From NCBI RefSeq assembly GCF_009914755.1, contig NC_060942.1: a stretch of DNA of 64,000 nt; one strand, given 5' to 3'. Shown one piece after another: positions 61,589-64,000 of this stretch; the first letter of the stretch is position 1; each line of letters opens with the position of its first letter. Both the position numbers and the translations under genes were made by a program. The DNA is from the human T2T-CHM13v2.0 reference genome, Homo sapiens. The notes below the pieces were generated by a model that saw only the letters and a list, made by a program, of their open reading frames with translations, was not told the DNA's origin and made no database searches.

Positions 61589-63559
61589 AAAGCAATTTCA
61601 ACTTTTTTAGATTAAGGGGTATACCCTAGTTTTCTAAACTTCGATGAGAGTTGTGCATTTGCTGAAGGCTTATTACATGAAGAGTGACAGTCTAAATTGT
61701 TTGAAGGAAAGTAAAATGAACAACAAACTAGAATCAGCAAAGAGGACCCTGACAATATCAGAAATGATCTGCTCCTTGAGATCATAGCACTGTTCCTGAT
61801 TTGACTCCCTCCACCATTATTTATTCTCCCCACACTTTTAGTTTGGTAGGGAAAAAACCCCACAGTTTCTGTATTTTGGAACAGTGACTGTGCAGCCAAA
61901 CTCCCTATCGCTGAAAGGTTTCTGGTGGAAAATAACTCATAGATCAGAATCCAGCCTCCTTGAAAAAGTAAAGGCCTAGGTAGTAACTTGCTCAACATTA
62001 CACTGCCAGTTTTTGATAGAATTAACTACCTTAATTTGTTAGAATTGAGACTAACACCCGAATCTCTTCATTCTAACAATGCTTTGTAGCTTCTAAATGA
62101 TCCCACACGGGGTTTTTCAAGGTCTTCCTCCTCCCCAATCCCTTAATTACTCAGAAACATCTTTTCTGAACTCACAGCATTTGATAATTATGTACCATGT
62201 TAGGAATTATTTTTCATTATTGTCACACGTTTTAAGTTTAGAGTCATACTTCTGGAATGAAAACTATGACTCATTTCATAAGTTGAACCAATCATCTCAT
62301 TTCTTTATAGTTGCCTCCCCAACTATATTAAGCTCCTTGAAGATAGGACACATGCCTTACATTTCTTAACTCTTAGCTAGTATTCAACATAATTAATATG
62401 ACGTTTGATACATATTAGTTTAATTAACTTCATAATAAAATTGATAAGATTAAGTATTGAATGTGCTGAAGAAGAGCTCTATATGAGGCCATTGTCAGTG
62501 CTGACCCAAAAAAAAAAAAAAGCTTTTTTACTTTAAAAATCTATTTTATAATACATTTACAATTCAAAAAAGTGCGTGATTAAAAGAATAGGAAATATAT
62601 CAGAATTCAGAAAACATACTACTTTACAACCAAAACTAAGCATTTTGAAAATGTATCTAGAGGACCCTCGTAAATTTAGTAATATGAGATTTTATATAAT
62701 AGATTAAAAAATCAGATGTGTCAGCCGTTTGACCTCATCAGTTTCTTTGTTCTTAAAATAGCTGACATTTCTGCATCATTAGGGAAAGACAATGTTGTCA
62801 CACAAAACAGACTATTTTTAAAGATGTGCTTTGGCTTGCAAAGGCGTGACATGCCTAAAATATTAAAGCGATATGGACTGGTAAACGTGTCACTCATTGG
62901 GTTTCAACCTCTTGCTCCAAGTCCTTGCGTACATTTAAGAATTGGAGGAATAATATATTCTATATCTCTTTGTATTTTTTAAAGACAGCATTTATAACAG
63001 ACGAGGAAAGTACATCCTCATGTAGTTTAGATGTGAATGGGATTTACTACCCCCAAAGGTGTTATAGAATGAAAATATGCATTTATGAATAGTTTTAAGT
63101 CATGAAAGGCAGCATCCTAAAAGTTGATTAAAGAATTCTAGGAAATTTGGGAACAGCATATATATCATAACTTCTGTGCTATGTAGGATATATCTTTTCA
63201 ACAATATATTCCAGTTGCCATACGGTGCTGTATTGGATGGGCTGGAATTTGTGACTATCCTTTGTGGAATTTCCTATTAAAATCTGAAAACAGATTTAGC
63301 TTTAAAAAATTTGAGGCAGAGCTTTTCTAATCATTCCATAATTGTATTTAGTCTGGACGATATGGTTATAATCAAGGAAAGAATGTAAGAAATTACTTTT
63401 TAAACACATCGGAAACACATTCTTAGGGTCACTTTGGAGTGCTGAGATCTAGGTGGTAGTTCATTCTTTGCAGTCCACAGACTTATTTTTAGACCAATGG
63501 CATAGTGTTTTGCCAGATCATAGCTAAATGTTGTTTTCAGAACGTAAGCTTTAAAATTG

Positions 63560-63620
63560 TTATCCTGGTCAGAGTGAAATCAGTAGTGCCTATTTTAGAC
63601 CTGCTTGGAAGAATATAACT
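63560..63620 (+). promoter_or_regulatory. MYL12A: Candidate muscle-type alternative promoter: GATA (~63560), CArG/MEF2-like CCTATTTTAG (63589-63598), TATAA (63614-63618)
   Basis: Motifs read directly, correctly spaced upstream of a short exon-like segment. Confidence 0.55.
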
Positions 63621-63639
63621 CAATGCAGTGTCTTACTTT

Positions 63640-63691
63640 TGCTGCTGAGCGGTTTTGCAGACTACCATCTTCCCTGCAACTCTGAAGGATG
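63640..63691 (+). other. MYL12A: Probable alternative first exon of MYL12A ending in ATG (63689-63691), donor ATG|gtatgg
   Basis: gaaggATG|gtatgg; fits my recollection of an N-terminally extended MYL12A isoform (MDLTTT-MSSKR). 5' end inferred from the TATA-like box. Confidence 0.65.
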
Positions 63692-64000
63692 GTATGGTAG
63701 AATTTTATTGTCTGATGACTGAGATTTTTAACTTGAAACAAATTTTTGTAGTTTTTAACAGATTGAGTATTGAAAATTGCCTTTTTATTTTAGGTATTAT
63801 TAGACATTCTTTTTAATTTTAACTTAAATTTTACCGGGATAAATTTAGGTAAGAGAGCAAAGGTAGTTTCTACGTTTAAGATGTTTTCTAAAACTTTTAA
63901 AATTATTTTAAAAGCTTGTGCTCTGATTTCTGTTTAGAGATCTTAGATACTTCCAGTGATTTAGTGTGACTGTAATGCAAGAAACTGGTTTGGATAGAGT

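Overview
Human (primate) genomic DNA that I recognise from the translated peptides as the MYOM1 / MYL12A interval on chr18p11.31. Minus strand: the 5' end of MYOM1 (myomesin-1, M-band protein). It has a non-coding exon 1 (~31333-31168) and coding exons 2-4 (ATG at 26588; 290+141+340 nt = codons 1-257, with all splice phases consistent). Exon 4 carries the 18-bp (S)KQSTA tandem repeat, and the muscle promoter has CArG/TATA, MEF2, GATA and E-box motifs. Plus strand: the CpG-island promoter and non-coding exon 1 of MYL12A (donor after 59274). Near the right edge is a probable alternative first exon ending in ATG|GT (63689-63691). The rest is intronic or intergenic and repeat-rich: about 30 Alus or Alu fragments, a ~6.8-kb decayed L1M, a full-length THE1 MaLR with TSDs, a MER51A solo LTR, MLT1 LTRs, MER1A/MER20/MER5 DNA transposons, and L2/MIR relics. 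I see no convincing new biological system. The best leads are regulatory or splicing hypotheses: a muscle-type alternative MYL12A promoter, the CArG/TATA overlap, a divergent promoter that might feed MYOM1 exon 2, and DUX4 motifs in both THE1 LTRs. Repeat subfamily names and TSS positions come from memory or inference, not from a database run.
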